Source: Alphaproteobacteria bacterium (GTDB taxonomy: Bacteria > Pseudomonadota > Alphaproteobacteria > Bin95). From it: a stretch of DNA of 64,000 bases. Position numbers and translations under genes: made by a program. Shown in pieces: positions 54,386-64,000 of this stretch (positions are counted from its first letter, which is position 1; each line of letters starts with the position of its first letter). The notes beneath the pieces were generated by a model that did no database searches, was not told where the DNA came from, and was given only the letters and a program-made list of their open reading frames with translations. Location of the stretch: the NCBI GenBank assembly GCA_965205265.1, contig CBDBGH010000003.1:3040001-3104000 (forward strand), read 5' to 3'.

Positions 54386-55863
54386 TCGGCCCGCCGGAAT
54401 GTCGTGGCATGCGCGAAGCGCTCGCCCGTCGCCAGGTCGGCAGCCACGATGTCGAACGGCGTCACCGCCTCCGGCGTCGCCGAGAGCGGCGCGGCCACAT
54501 AGAGGCGCAGCGTGCGGAGCCGGTCGGGCCCGACGGGAACATCGTCGCTGCTGCCGCCCACCGCGGAAAGAACGGCACCGGGCAATCCTTCCGCCAGGAT
54601 GCGGAAACGGCGCGTCTCATGCCGTTTGTTCTGGAGCTTGACCGTGTAGCCGTTGCGGAAGCTGCCGTCGGAAAGCTGCACGAACAGCGGGTTGCGGTCC
54701 CGCAACACGGCGATGTCCGTATCGCCGCGCGAGAGCAGGGTTGCCAGCATGACGGCGCCGACCAGCACTATCGACACGCCATAGAGCAGGGTGCGCGGGC
54801 GCAACAGGCGCAGGCGCCGCCAGGTAGGCCGCACGGCGCCGTCCGCCGACGGGCCGGCGAGCCCTGCCACGGTGTCGTAGGCGATCAGGCCGCGCGGCCG
54901 GCCGACCCGGTCCATGATGTCGTTGCACGCATCGACGCAGAGCGCGCAGTTGATGCATTCGAGCTGGTTGCCGTCGCGGATGTCGATTCCCATCGGGCAG
55001 ACGGCGACGCAGGTCCTGCAGTCCACGCAGTCGCCGCGGCCCTCCCAGCTCTGGCCCCTCTTGTGGGAACCGCGCGGCTCGCCCCGCTCGCGGCGATAGG
55101 TCACCAGCATGGAATGCTCGTCCAGCATCGCGCCCTGTATGCGCGGCCAGGGGCACATGAAGGTGCAGACCTGCTCCCGCGCATGGCCGGCCAGCAGGTA
55201 GGTGGTGCCGGTCAGGAGCCCGATGAACAGGTAGGACACCGTCGGCGCTTCGAACCGGGCGAGGTCGGCGGCAAGCGTCGGCGCGTCCGCGAAGTAGAAC
55301 ACCCACGCGCCCCCGGTGGCGACCGCGATCAGCAGCCAGGCCCCGTGTTTGGCCGCGCGTCTGGCCAGCTTTCTCCCGGTCCAGGGCGCCCGGTCGAGGC
55401 GCATCTGGGCGTTGCGGTCGCCGTCTATGCGCCGCTCGACCCACATGAACAGGTCTGTCCAGACCGTCTGGGGACAAGCGTATCCGCACCAGACGCGGCC
55501 GGCGATGCCGCTCACCAGGAACAGGATAAGCGCGGCCAGGACGAGCAGGCCGGAAATGAAATAGACCTCCTGCGGCCAGATCTCGATGAAGAAGAAGTAG
55601 AAGCGCCGGCCGGGGAAGTCGATCAGCACCGCCTGGTCGGGCGCGTTCGGGCCGCGGTCCCATCTGAGCCAGGGCAGGACGTAGTAGAGGCCGAGAATGG
55701 CGGCGAGCGCGGCCCACTTCACCGTCCGGTAGCGCCCGGAGACCGCGCGCGGGAAAATCTTTGCCCGTTTTTCGTAGAGCGGGCGGCGCTCTGCAGCGTT
55801 TACCGGCTCGGCGTCGATCCTGCCGACATCGGCGGTCTCAGGCTGGGCTGGCGCTGCATTCAT
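54382..55863 (-). CDS. ccoG: FixG/CcoG ferredoxin-like membrane protein
   Basis: GRVWCGYACPQTVW, CPWPRIQ, CVDCRTCVAVCP, CINCALCVDAC. Confidence 0.95.
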   Translation of the reverse strand: MNAAPAQPETADVGRIDAEPVNAAERRPLYEKRAKIFPRAVSGRYRTVKWAALAAILGLYYVLPWLRWDRGPNAPDQAVLIDFPGRRFYFFFIEIWPQEVYFISGLLVLAALILFLVSGIAGRVWCGYACPQTVWTDLFMWVERRIDGDRNAQMRLDRAPWTGRKLARRAAKHGAWLLIAVATGGAWVFYFADAPTLAADLARFEAPTVSYLFIGLLTGTTYLLAGHAREQVCTFMCPWPRIQGAMLDEHSMLVTYRRERGEPRGSHKRGQSWEGRGDCVDCRTCVAVCPMGIDIRDGNQLECINCALCVDACNDIMDRVGRPRGLIAYDTVAGLAGPSADGAVRPTWRRLRLLRPRTLLYGVSIVLVGAVMLATLLSRGDTDIAVLRDRNPLFVQLSDGSFRNGYTVKLQNKRHETRRFRILAEGLPGAVLSAVGGSSDDVPVGPDRLRTLRLYVAAPLSATPEAVTPFDIVAADLATGERFAHATTFRRAE

Positions 55864-55931
55864 CGCTGCATACCCGATTCGGAGAGCAACTCCCCATGCG
55901 CCGGCATGGAGCCGGCGCCGCCGGAAGGCGG

Positions 55932-56795
55932 CTAGGTGCCGCCGCCCAGCGAATGGACGTAGATCGCAAGCTGCTTGATGGTCTCGGGCGGCAGCCGGCC
56001 GCCCCAGTTCGGCATCACGCCGCCGCGCGAGTTCTCGACCTGTGCCCGGACCGCCTCGTAACTGCCGCCATAGAGCCAGATCGCGTCGGTCAGATCGGGA
56101 CCGCCCAGCTCCACGATGCCCTTGCCGTCTTCGCCGTGGCAGGTGGCGCATTCCTCGGCGAAGAGCTCGGCGCCTTCGCCCTCCGCCGCCGCGCCTTCAA
56201 CGGAAGACAGCGACATCGTATAGCGGACCACCGCCTCTATCTGTTCGGGTTCGAGAAGCTCGTCGCGGCCATAGGCCGGCATTTCGTTGAATCTCGCGTC
56301 CTCGTCGCTTTCGTTGCGAATTCCATGCCGGATCGTGAAGGCGATCTCCTCCAGACTGCCGCCCCAAAGCCAGTCGTCGTCGTTGAGGTTGGGATATCCG
56401 ACAGAGCCCTCCGCACCCGAGCCATGGCACTGGGAACAGTTGACGGCGAATGCCGACCGACCGCCGGCAAGCGCAAAGGACAGGAGTTCGGGATCGGCCC
56501 GGATCTCCTCGAGAGACGCCTCGGCAATCCGCTCCAGATGTTGCGCCTGCATCGCGCGGCTGTCGGCGATCCGCTCCGCCAGGACGGCGCGCTGCGAATA
56601 GCCGAGCAGGCCCCGCGTATGGTCCTCGATCAGAGGCCAGGCCGGCATGGCGATCCAGTAGCCTATGGACCAGATCACGGTGGCGTAGAAGGTCCAGAGC
56701 CACCAGCGCGGCAGCGGCTTGTTGAACTCGGTGATGCCGTCCCATTCATGCCCGGTGGTCGGGACGTCATCGGAGGGGCCGCCGCTCCCGACCAT
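55932..56795 (-). CDS. ccoP: cbb3 oxidase subunit III
   Basis: TTGHEWDGI, PLPRWW, two CxxCH motifs. Confidence 0.97.
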   Translation of the reverse strand: MVGSGGPSDDVPTTGHEWDGITEFNKPLPRWWLWTFYATVIWSIGYWIAMPAWPLIEDHTRGLLGYSQRAVLAERIADSRAMQAQHLERIAEASLEEIRADPELLSFALAGGRSAFAVNCSQCHGSGAEGSVGYPNLNDDDWLWGGSLEEIAFTIRHGIRNESDEDARFNEMPAYGRDELLEPEQIEAVVRYTMSLSSVEGAAAEGEGAELFAEECATCHGEDGKGIVELGGPDLTDAIWLYGGSYEAVRAQVENSRGGVMPNWGGRLPPETIKQLAIYVHSLGGGT

Positions 56796-56797
56796 GG

Positions 56798-56947
56798 TCA
56801 GTCCTCCTTGAGCGGAATGCGCGCCGCATCCCGGAACTTGGCGCGGTTGCGCGGCCAGAGCGCATAGGCGACGGCGGCAAGGAACAAGATGACGAGCGCC
56901 ACCAGCCCCCAGGTGGCGGCGAAGGTGCGAACCGATTCGTAATCCAT
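56798..56947 (-). CDS. ccoQ: cbb3 oxidase subunit IV
   Basis: Manual translation MDYESVRTFAATWGLVALVILFLAAVAYALWPRNRAKFRDAARIPLKED. Confidence 0.92.
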   Translation of the reverse strand: MDYESVRTFAATWGLVALVILFLAAVAYALWPRNRAKFRDAARIPLKED

Positions 56948-56960
56948 GATCCGGTCCTCC

Positions 56961-57695
56961 TCAGCGGAGCGCTTCGCCCTCGGCGCGGTAGGCGTCGAAA
57001 TCCACCAGCGTGCCGAGCATTTGCAGATAGGCGATCAGCGCGTCCATTTCGGAAACCATGTCGGGATTGCCGTCGAAATCGCGGACCTGGGCCTTGGGAT
57101 AGCGCTCCATGACGGCCTCCGCCCCGTCCGACTCCGGGTCCGCCTGCGCTTCGGCATCCGCGCGCGCATTCGCGAGCATCTCTTCCGTATAGGGCACGCC
57201 CAGCGCGGCATTGGCGCGGAGGTCGGCCTCGATGGCGTCGAGGTCGGCCGCGCGTTCCATCAGGAAAGCGTAGCCCGGCATGATCGATTCCGGCACCACG
57301 CTCTTCGGGCGGATCAGATGTTCGCGGTGCCAGTCGTCGGAATAGCGCCCGCCGACGCGGGCGAGGTCCGGCCCGGTCCGCTTCGACCCCCACTGGAACG
57401 GGCGGTCGTACATGCTCTCCGCCGCCAGGCTGTAATGCCCGTAGCGGTCCACCTCGTCGCGCAGCGAGCGCACCATCTGCGAGTGGCAGTTGTAGCAGCC
57501 CTCGCGGACATAGATGTTGCGCCCGGCCAGTTCGAGCGGAGAGTAGGGCCGCATGCCGCGGACCTTCTCTATCGTGCTGTCGAGATAGTAGAGCGGCACG
57601 ATTTCCACGAGCCCGCCGATCGACACGACGACCAGCGTCAGAACCAGCATGAGGATCGAGTTTCTCTCGATGGTCCGGTGGCCGAATTTCGCCAT
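56961..57695 (-). CDS. ccoO: cbb3 oxidase subunit II
   Basis: [19 protein letters not shown]. Confidence 0.97.
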   Translation of the reverse strand: MAKFGHRTIERNSILMLVLTLVVVSIGGLVEIVPLYYLDSTIEKVRGMRPYSPLELAGRNIYVREGCYNCHSQMVRSLRDEVDRYGHYSLAAESMYDRPFQWGSKRTGPDLARVGGRYSDDWHREHLIRPKSVVPESIMPGYAFLMERAADLDAIEADLRANAALGVPYTEEMLANARADAEAQADPESDGAEAVMERYPKAQVRDFDGNPDMVSEMDALIAYLQMLGTLVDFDAYRAEGEALR

Positions 57696-57707
57696 CGCCG
57701 GGCCTCC

Positions 57708-59333
57708 CTATGCGGTCGCCGGGGCCATTGCGCCCGGCGCCTGCAAAGGTTCCGTTTCGCGGATGTCCCCGCGCGCGGTCCGCCAGAGATTGTAGGCCAT
57801 GATGAAGGCACCGGCGACGAACAGCGCGCCGCCGAGCGCGCGGATCACATAGAAGGGATGCATCGCCTCGACGGTCTCGACGAAGGAGTATTCCAGGAAG
57901 CCCAGCGAATCGTAGGCGCGCCACATCAGCCCCTGCATGATGCCGGAAACCCACATCGCGGTGATGTAGAGGACGATGCCGAGAGACGAGATCCAGAAAT
58001 GCCACTCGACCAACCGGAGCGAATAGAGCCGCTCCCGCCGCCAGACCGCCGGAGCCAGGACATAGAGCGCGCCGAAGCTGACGAAGCCGACCCAACCGAG
58101 CGCGCCCGAATGCACATGGCCCACCGTCCAGTCCGTGTAGTGGCTGAGCGCGTTCACTGCCTTGATCGACATCAGCGGCCCCTCGAAGGTGCTCATGCCG
58201 TAGAACGCGACCGAGACGACCAGCATCCTGAGCACGGGATCGGTGCGCAGCTTGTCCCAGGCGCCCGAGAGCGTCATCAGCCCGTTGATCATCCCGCCCC
58301 AGGACGGCATCCACAGCATGATCGAGAAGGTCATGCCGAGCGTCTGCGCCCAGTCCGGCAGCGCGGTGTAGTGCAGATGGTGCGGACCGGCCCAGATATA
58401 GAGGAAGATCAGTGCCCAGAAATGCACGATGGACAGCCGGTAGGAATAGATGGGCCGCTCGGCCTGTTTCGGAATGAAGTAGTACATGATGCCGAGGAAG
58501 CCGGCGGTCAGGAAGAAGCCGACGGCGTTGTGGCCGTACCACCATTGCGTCAGCGCATCCTGCACACCGGCCCAGGCGATGTAGCTCTTCGGCCCGAAGA
58601 ACGAGACCGGAAGCGCTGCATTGTTGACCAGATGCAGCATCGCGATGGTGACGATGAACGCGAGATAGAACCAATTCGCCACGAAGATATGCGGTTCGCG
58701 GCGCCGTGCGAGCGTCGCCATGAAAACCAGCAGGTAAGCCACCCAGACCAGCGTCAGCCACAGATCGACATACCACTCGGGCTCGGCATATTCCTTCGAC
58801 TGGGTGATCCCGAGCACATAGCCCGACGCCGCCAGAACGATAAACAGCTGGTAGCCCCAGAAGACGAACCAGGGCGCGATATGGCCGGCGAGCCGGGTGC
58901 GGCAGGTCCTCTGGACGACATGGAACGAGGTCGCGATCAGCACATTGCCGCCGAAGGCGAAGATCACGGCCGAGGTGTGTACGGGGCGCAACCGGCCGAA
59001 ATTCGTCCAGGGCAGGTCGAAATTGAGCGCCGGAAAGGCAAGCTGCAAGGCGATCCACAGGCCGGCGGCAAAGCCGACCAGCCCCCAGAATGTCGATGCG
59101 ATAACGCCGGCGCGGACGATGGCTTCGTTGTAGTTCGGCCGGTCGCCGGACAGCATGAGAGCGGGCGCCGGGGCGAGCGCCGCCCGGACTGTCAGCACGA
59201 CAGCAACGATGCAGAAGGCAAGGAACAGAACGCCATGGAATACGAAGCCGGGATCGGCGGCCTGTAACAGGATCAGAACGCCATAGAGCGCTCCGGCCGC
59301 GAACAGGCCGGCCCAAAGCCAGTTGGTTGCCAC
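57708..59333 (-). CDS. ccoN: cbb3 oxidase subunit I
   Basis: [34 protein letters not shown]; start approximate. Confidence 0.97.
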   Translation of the reverse strand: MATNWLWAGLFAAGALYGVLILLQAADPGFVFHGVLFLAFCIVAVVLTVRAALAPAPALMLSGDRPNYNEAIVRAGVIASTFWGLVGFAAGLWIALQLAFPALNFDLPWTNFGRLRPVHTSAVIFAFGGNVLIATSFHVVQRTCRTRLAGHIAPWFVFWGYQLFIVLAASGYVLGITQSKEYAEPEWYVDLWLTLVWVAYLLVFMATLARRREPHIFVANWFYLAFIVTIAMLHLVNNAALPVSFFGPKSYIAWAGVQDALTQWWYGHNAVGFFLTAGFLGIMYYFIPKQAERPIYSYRLSIVHFWALIFLYIWAGPHHLHYTALPDWAQTLGMTFSIMLWMPSWGGMINGLMTLSGAWDKLRTDPVLRMLVVSVAFYGMSTFEGPLMSIKAVNALSHYTDWTVGHVHSGALGWVGFVSFGALYVLAPAVWRRERLYSLRLVEWHFWISSLGIVLYITAMWVSGIMQGLMWRAYDSLGFLEYSFVETVEAMHPFYVIRALGGALFVAGAFIMAYNLWRTARGDIRETEPLQAPGAMAPATA

Positions 59334-59636
59334 TCGCACGCCGCACTCCCAACAGATCCGGGAATCCCGGTGGCGGCATGATATCCGGCAGGTGGAACCG
59401 GCTGTCAATGGACCGCGTGGACGCAGGACTTGCCGTCCGGCGACCCGTCTCGCGCGCACCGCCCGCCCGCCGACGCGGGCGCTGCTCAGGGTGAGGGAAA
59501 ACAGGAAGGCGGAGTTGCGGGAACTCCCTCATCCCGAATAGCGGCAGAGCTGCGTATCGAGGACTTGTCCTGAGCTTGCCGAAGGGGACGGCCGGACTGC
59601 CGTTTCAGCAGGAACGGGTTCCGCACCGGCGTCCGG

Positions 59637-61352
59637 TCAGCGCCCCATGGCCCGACCGGACCGGCGCGGGTCGGCGCCGCCGCAGATCAGTCCGGTTTCG
59701 AGATTCGCGCTGATCGCGCAGACGCCGGCAACGGCATCCGAACGGGCGCCGTGCCATTCCACATCGTGGCCCCGCCGGGCGAGATCGGCGCCGGCCTCGG
59801 ACGCGATCCCCTCCTCGACGACCAGGCGTCCCGGCTTCGCTTCGTGGGGCTCGAAGGAATTCGGGTGGCTGTGCGTCGAAAAGCGCGGCGCCTCGACCGC
59901 CGGCTGAATGTCCATGCCGAAGACCAGATGGTTCAGCAGCACCTGCAGCATGCCTTGCGGCTGCGCATCGCCGCCGGGCGCGCCGAACGGCATGGCGAGC
60001 CGGCCCGGCGCCAGCGCGAGAGCCGGGTTCGGCGTCAGGCGCGGCCGCTTGCCCGGCGCCACGGCCGAGGCGTGCCCGGCCATAGCGAAGGACTGCGAGC
60101 CGCGCGAGGACGGGCAGAAGCCGAGGCCGGGAATGGCCGGCCCCTCGAATGAGACGTCGCTCGGCGTGGCCGAACAGACATTGCCGGCGCTGTCCACCGC
60201 GCAGGCATAGGACGTGTCGGCCGCGGCAATCGAGGCCGAACGCTCGACGGGCGGGATGAAGCAGCCCCCTCCATATCCCTCGATGTCGCCGGGCGGCGGC
60301 ATTCCGGGCCAGGCGCGGGCCGGGTCTATGTCCATCCGGCGCACGGCCGCATAGTCCTGCGAGAGCAGGATGTCCGTCGGCACGTCGATGACGTCGGGGT
60401 CGCCGAAATACTTTTCGCGGTCGGCGAAGACGAGCTTGATCGTCTCCGCCAGCGCATGGATGTAGTCGGCCGAGTTATGCCCGAGGGCGGCAAGGTCGAG
60501 CCCTTCCAGAATCCGCAGCATCTGCAGCAGGGCCGGGCCCTGGCACCAGGGCCGGCAGCTATAGACCCGGGCACCTGCGAATTCGACGCTGACCGGCGCT
60601 TCCACCGGCGTGCGGTAGCCGGCGAGGTCGGCGGCGGAGAGCAGTCCGCCGTTCTCTTCGTGATAGGCGGTGATTTTCTTCGCGATGTCCCCGACATAGA
60701 AGGCGTCGCGGGCCGCCCGGAGCCCGGCCCGGCGCCCGCCGGAAGCCGCTCCTTCCTCGTCCGCCATGTATTGCAGCGTGGCGGCGAGGTCGCTCTGCAC
60801 GAGCAGGTCGCCCACCGCCGGCGGCTCGCCGTCCTTCAGCCAGATCGCCGCATTGCCCGGCCACATCCGGTAGCGGTTCCGGTAGCGCTCGATGAACGCC
60901 GCCATCACCGGGTGAACGGCGAACCCCTCGCGGGCATACCGGATGGCGGGCGCGGCGACTTCGGCGAAGGACATCGTGCCGAACCGCGCCAGCGCGGTAA
61001 TCCAGGCATCGGGAGCGGCCGGCACCACGGTTCGCAGAAGCCCGACGGGAATTCTTCCGCCGTGGCGGTCGCGAAACAACTCGAGGCTCGCCGCCCGCGG
61101 CCAGTATCCGAGACCGGCAATGCTGAACACTTCATCGCGCTCGGCGGAATAGACGAGCATCGGGGCCACGCCGGAGAACTGGACCTGGTCGCTGTGGACC
61201 ACGCCAAGCGCAATCCCCGCCGCGACGCCGGCATCGACCGCATTGCCGCCGGCCTCCAGCATGGCCGCGCCGGCTTCGGTCGCCAGATAGTGACCCGCAA
61301 CGCACATATGGCGCCGCGCCATGACCATGGGCTGTTGCGGCAGAACCGGCAT
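59637..61352 (-). CDS. Gamma-glutamyltransferase family protein
   Basis: GGNAVDA, FADRE..GDP, ADTSY nucleophile, PGKRP, GAPGG, GADPRR. Confidence 0.92.
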   Translation of the reverse strand: MPVLPQQPMVMARRHMCVAGHYLATEAGAAMLEAGGNAVDAGVAAGIALGVVHSDQVQFSGVAPMLVYSAERDEVFSIAGLGYWPRAASLELFRDRHGGRIPVGLLRTVVPAAPDAWITALARFGTMSFAEVAAPAIRYAREGFAVHPVMAAFIERYRNRYRMWPGNAAIWLKDGEPPAVGDLLVQSDLAATLQYMADEEGAASGGRRAGLRAARDAFYVGDIAKKITAYHEENGGLLSAADLAGYRTPVEAPVSVEFAGARVYSCRPWCQGPALLQMLRILEGLDLAALGHNSADYIHALAETIKLVFADREKYFGDPDVIDVPTDILLSQDYAAVRRMDIDPARAWPGMPPPGDIEGYGGGCFIPPVERSASIAAADTSYACAVDSAGNVCSATPSDVSFEGPAIPGLGFCPSSRGSQSFAMAGHASAVAPGKRPRLTPNPALALAPGRLAMPFGAPGGDAQPQGMLQVLLNHLVFGMDIQPAVEAPRFSTHSHPNSFEPHEAKPGRLVVEEGIASEAGADLARRGHDVEWHGARSDAVAGVCAISANLETGLICGGADPRRSGRAMGR

Positions 61353-61440
61353 GGCGGTCCCCTCTTGTCGGTGTTGCTGTCGTCCATCGGAGCGGAAACC
61401 CGCCGACGCGCGACTGGGCGGGCTTGCCGGGGCCGGAAGA

Positions 61441-61516
61441 TGGTGCCGCAGGAGAGACTTGAACTCCCGACCCGCGCATTACGAATGCGCTGCTCTACCG
61501 GCTGAGCTACTGCGGC
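61441..61516 (-). tRNA. tRNA-Thr(CGT)
   Basis: GCCGCAG acceptor stem, anticodon arm GCGCA-TTCGTAA-TGCGC, GTTCAAG T-loop, encoded CCA; 76 nt. Confidence 0.97.
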
Positions 61517-61562
61517 ACGGGCGCGCAAGATAGGCAAGGCGCCCAAGGCTGGCAAGGCGCTG

Positions 61563-62915
61563 TCAGGGCTCCAGCTTGCGGCGCAGCGCCTCGACTTCCT
61601 CTTCCAGCGCCTTGTCGTCTTCCATCAGCTTTTCGATCTTGCGCACGCCGTAGAGGACCGTGGAATGATCGCGCCCGAACTTGCGGCCGATATCCGGCAG
61701 CGAGAGCGAGGTGAGCTGCTTGGCGAGATACATCGCCACCTGGCGCGGCCGCGCGACGGCCCGGGCGCGCCTCGGCGAATCCATTTCCGCGGGACGGACA
61801 TTGTACCGCTCGCAGACGAGCTTCTTGATCGCCTCGACGGTCGGCGTGCGGTCGTTGACCGGCAGCAGGTCCACCAGCACCTTCTCCGCGCGGTCCACGG
61901 AAATCTCTCCGCCGAACTGCCGGTAATGCGACTCCAGCCGGTTCATGGCGCCCTGCAGCACACGCATGTTGGAGGCGATCCGCTCCGCCAGGAAGACCAG
62001 CACCTCCTGCGGCGCCGGCAGCGTCGTTTCGAACGCCTTGCGCTCGAGGAAGGCGAGGCGCAGCGGATAGTCCGTCTCAAGCGGCAGGATCGGCGCCGAC
62101 ACGCCGGTGCTCAGCCGCGAGCGGATCCGCTCGTCGATTCCCTCCAGGCCGACAGGCGAGGCGTTGCCCGAGATCACCATCAGGCGGCCCCGGCTTGCGA
62201 ACGCATTGATGATGTGCAGCAGCTCGACCTGGGTGCCGGAATTCTGGCTCAGAAGATGCACATCGTCGATCATCAGCACGTCGAAGGACCGGACCCTGCT
62301 CTTGAACTCCGCGACCCTCTTGGCAGTCGCCGCATCGATGTAGTGCTGGCGAAAATCGTCCGAACTGAAATAGAGGACCGGGCGGTCCGGGCGGTCCCGG
62401 CGCAGCCTCAGCGCAAGCGCCTGCATCAGATGGGTCTTGCCGAGGCCGACGCCGCCGAACAGGTAGAGCGGGCCGGACGGCCGCACATTGCCGTCCGCGA
62501 TGCCGAGGCAGAGGCCGTGCGCGAGCGCGTTCGACTCGCCGGCGATGAAGTTCTCGAAGGTGAGGAAGGACTGGAACGGCGTGGCGAAGTCGTCGAGGCT
62601 TCCATTGCCGGCCGGCGCCGGGCGCTGCGCCGGCTGGGCGGGCGCTCCCTGCAGCAGCGGCTTCACCTCGAAGCCGACTTCGGAGAGCGCCGGGTCCGCC
62701 TCGAACCAGAGCATGCGGATGCGCTCGCCGTAGCTGCCCTGCACCCGGTCGCGCATGAAGCGCGTCGGAAGCTGGATCGCGATGCCCTGCGCCCCCTTGT
62801 CCACCAGGGACATCGGCTTCAGCCAGCTCTTGAAAATCCCGTCCCCGTATTCGGCCTGGAGCTGGCCGCGGATTCGCATCCATTCGACCTGACGGTCGGG
62901 TTTCGCGCCCGCCAT
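61563..62915 (-). CDS. dnaA: Chromosomal replication initiator
   Basis: TFENF..G.SN, GGVGLGKTHL, IDDV, RPRQVAMYL, SLPDIGRKFGRDHSTV; downstream of rpsT. Confidence 0.93.
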   Translation of the reverse strand: MAGAKPDRQVEWMRIRGQLQAEYGDGIFKSWLKPMSLVDKGAQGIAIQLPTRFMRDRVQGSYGERIRMLWFEADPALSEVGFEVKPLLQGAPAQPAQRPAPAGNGSLDDFATPFQSFLTFENFIAGESNALAHGLCLGIADGNVRPSGPLYLFGGVGLGKTHLMQALALRLRRDRPDRPVLYFSSDDFRQHYIDAATAKRVAEFKSRVRSFDVLMIDDVHLLSQNSGTQVELLHIINAFASRGRLMVISGNASPVGLEGIDERIRSRLSTGVSAPILPLETDYPLRLAFLERKAFETTLPAPQEVLVFLAERIASNMRVLQGAMNRLESHYRQFGGEISVDRAEKVLVDLLPVNDRTPTVEAIKKLVCERYNVRPAEMDSPRRARAVARPRQVAMYLAKQLTSLSLPDIGRKFGRDHSTVLYGVRKIEKLMEDDKALEEEVEALRRKLEP

Positions 62916-62920
62916 GCCGG

Positions 62921-63331
62921 CTACTCCTGCTTCCAGGGCAGGCCGGCGGCCTTCCAGCCCCAGGCCCGGCCGCGATGGCCTTCCCCGTCCCGATCGCCTT
63001 CGAACCCTTCCGAGACGTTGTAGCAGGGGCCGAGGCCGCGCGCCGTCGCCGCCGTCGCCGCATGGGCCGACCGGACGCCCGACCGGCAGATGAACAGGAG
63101 CGGACCGCCCCGCGCGGCGGCCGCCACCTCATCCACGAAATTCGGGTTTATCCCCATGCCCGGCCAGACCTGCCAGGAAACCAGCGATGTTTCGCGCCCG
63201 AGCGGCGCCAGGTCCGGCAAGCCGACATACTGCCATTCCGGCAAGGTGCGGACGTCCACGAGGATGGCGTCCTCGGTCGACTCCAGCATCTCCCAGGCTT
63301 CTCGAGGCGAGACGTCCCCCGCATAGGTCAT
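62921..63331 (-). CDS. Rhodanese-like protein
   Basis: LVDVRT.PEW..VG.P, ICRSGVRS, EGFEGD, GWK..GLPW. Confidence 0.9.
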   Translation of the reverse strand: MTYAGDVSPREAWEMLESTEDAILVDVRTLPEWQYVGLPDLAPLGRETSLVSWQVWPGMGINPNFVDEVAAAARGGPLLFICRSGVRSAHAATAATARGLGPCYNVSEGFEGDRDGEGHRGRAWGWKAAGLPWKQE

Positions 63332-63564
63332 CGGCGCTGTTCCTCCTCCCGACGCCCCGCCCGACAACCGGCCGTCCGGACCCTTGGGCGAAGGCGGTGC
63401 GGCCGCTCCCGACAGCCGCTTCCGTTCGCCCCGATCCGGCCGGCGGCCGACTTGGTGGGACGAAAAAAAGCTACCCGCCTCCAGCCCCGCCGCAAAGGGG
63501 GCCAAGCAGCGAACCCCGCCTCCGGACTCCCTAAGGCCTTAGCGAGGCGTAACAATTTTGTCGC

Positions 63565-63592
63565 AAAAAAATCCGCCGCTCGAAAGCGGCGG
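63565..63592 (-). terminator. Terminator downstream of rpsT
   Basis: CCGCCGCT-cgaa-AGCGGCGG hairpin followed by a T-run on the minus strand. Confidence 0.7.
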
Positions 63593-63618
63593 CGGAAGGT
63601 GCCCGTGCAGGTCTTGCG

Positions 63619-63884
63619 TCAGGCGTTCATGTCCTTGATTTTCTTGGACAATCGCGAAAGTTTTCGCTGCATGTATTGCGATGAAATTTTCCCTTCTGGG
63701 CGCCGCGCGCCATCTCCGGTTCGGCATTCCTGAGCGCGGCGCGCGCCCCTTCCCTGTTGCCGCCTTCTATCGCGGCCTCGACCTTCTTTATGAAGGTTCG
63801 CACGCGGCTGGCGCGGGCGCGGTTGCGGTCGGCGCGTCGCAGGTTCTGGCGAACCCGCTTTCTGGCTTGAATCGAATGGGCCAT
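63619..63884 (-). CDS. rpsT: 30S ribosomal protein S20, apparent 1-nt deletion near 63666
   Basis: [13 protein letters not shown]...[10 protein letters not shown]...HRNT; adding one base restores [16 protein letters not shown]. Confidence 0.92.
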
Positions 63885-64000
63885 GGTGTCGGTGGGTTTC
63901 CGTTCCGGTCGAGTTTGCGCTGGCTTATAGGACCGCCGTCCGGTTCCCGTCAAGCGGGCTCCGGCGCGCCGAAGCGACCCGCCGCCCATCTGTGGAACGC

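Noticed and set aside
59340-59520. FNR/FixK box upstream of ccoN
   Set aside because: No TTGAT-N4-ATCAA match found by eye
61441-61516. tRNA-Thr as the integration site of the 36-50 kb island
   Set aside because: No duplicate of the tRNA 3' end was seen, and the cco and ggt genes lie between them

Overview
High-GC alphaproteobacterial chromosome segment. The housekeeping backbone includes cspA, bamE-cbp3-yceD, form-II coxSLM-like genes, tgt-tatCBA, nagZ-SPOR-argS-dgt, gph/glmU/glmS, a complete ccoNOQP-GHIS cbb3 oxidase locus, ggt, tRNA-Thr, dnaA, a rhodanese and rpsT. There are two accessory regions. (1) At about 1.4-4.3 kb are three tandem paralogues of a domain I cannot assign; the middle one is fused to an XRE-type HTH. 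(2) At about 36.3-50.2 kb is a mosaic surface-export/mobile island: Slam-like translocon, a 5'-truncated and an intact TbpB-like lipoprotein, and a recombinase-in-trio (RIT) element whose ritB is split by an IS21-family element. The RIT is bounded by a 59-bp perfect inverted repeat and a 32-bp perfect palindrome. The island also holds an integrase N-terminal stump, a translationally coupled trio of MobC-like RHH genes and a 3'-truncated TpsB. Other oddities are a Trypco1-like protein with an RGG/RD tail, a stand-alone ABC-ATPase-TOPRIM gene, a trypsin-PDZ-trypsin-TPR protease, and single-base frameshifts (S8 protease, rpsT) that may be sequencing errors. All assignments come from motif recognition by eye; no searches were run.
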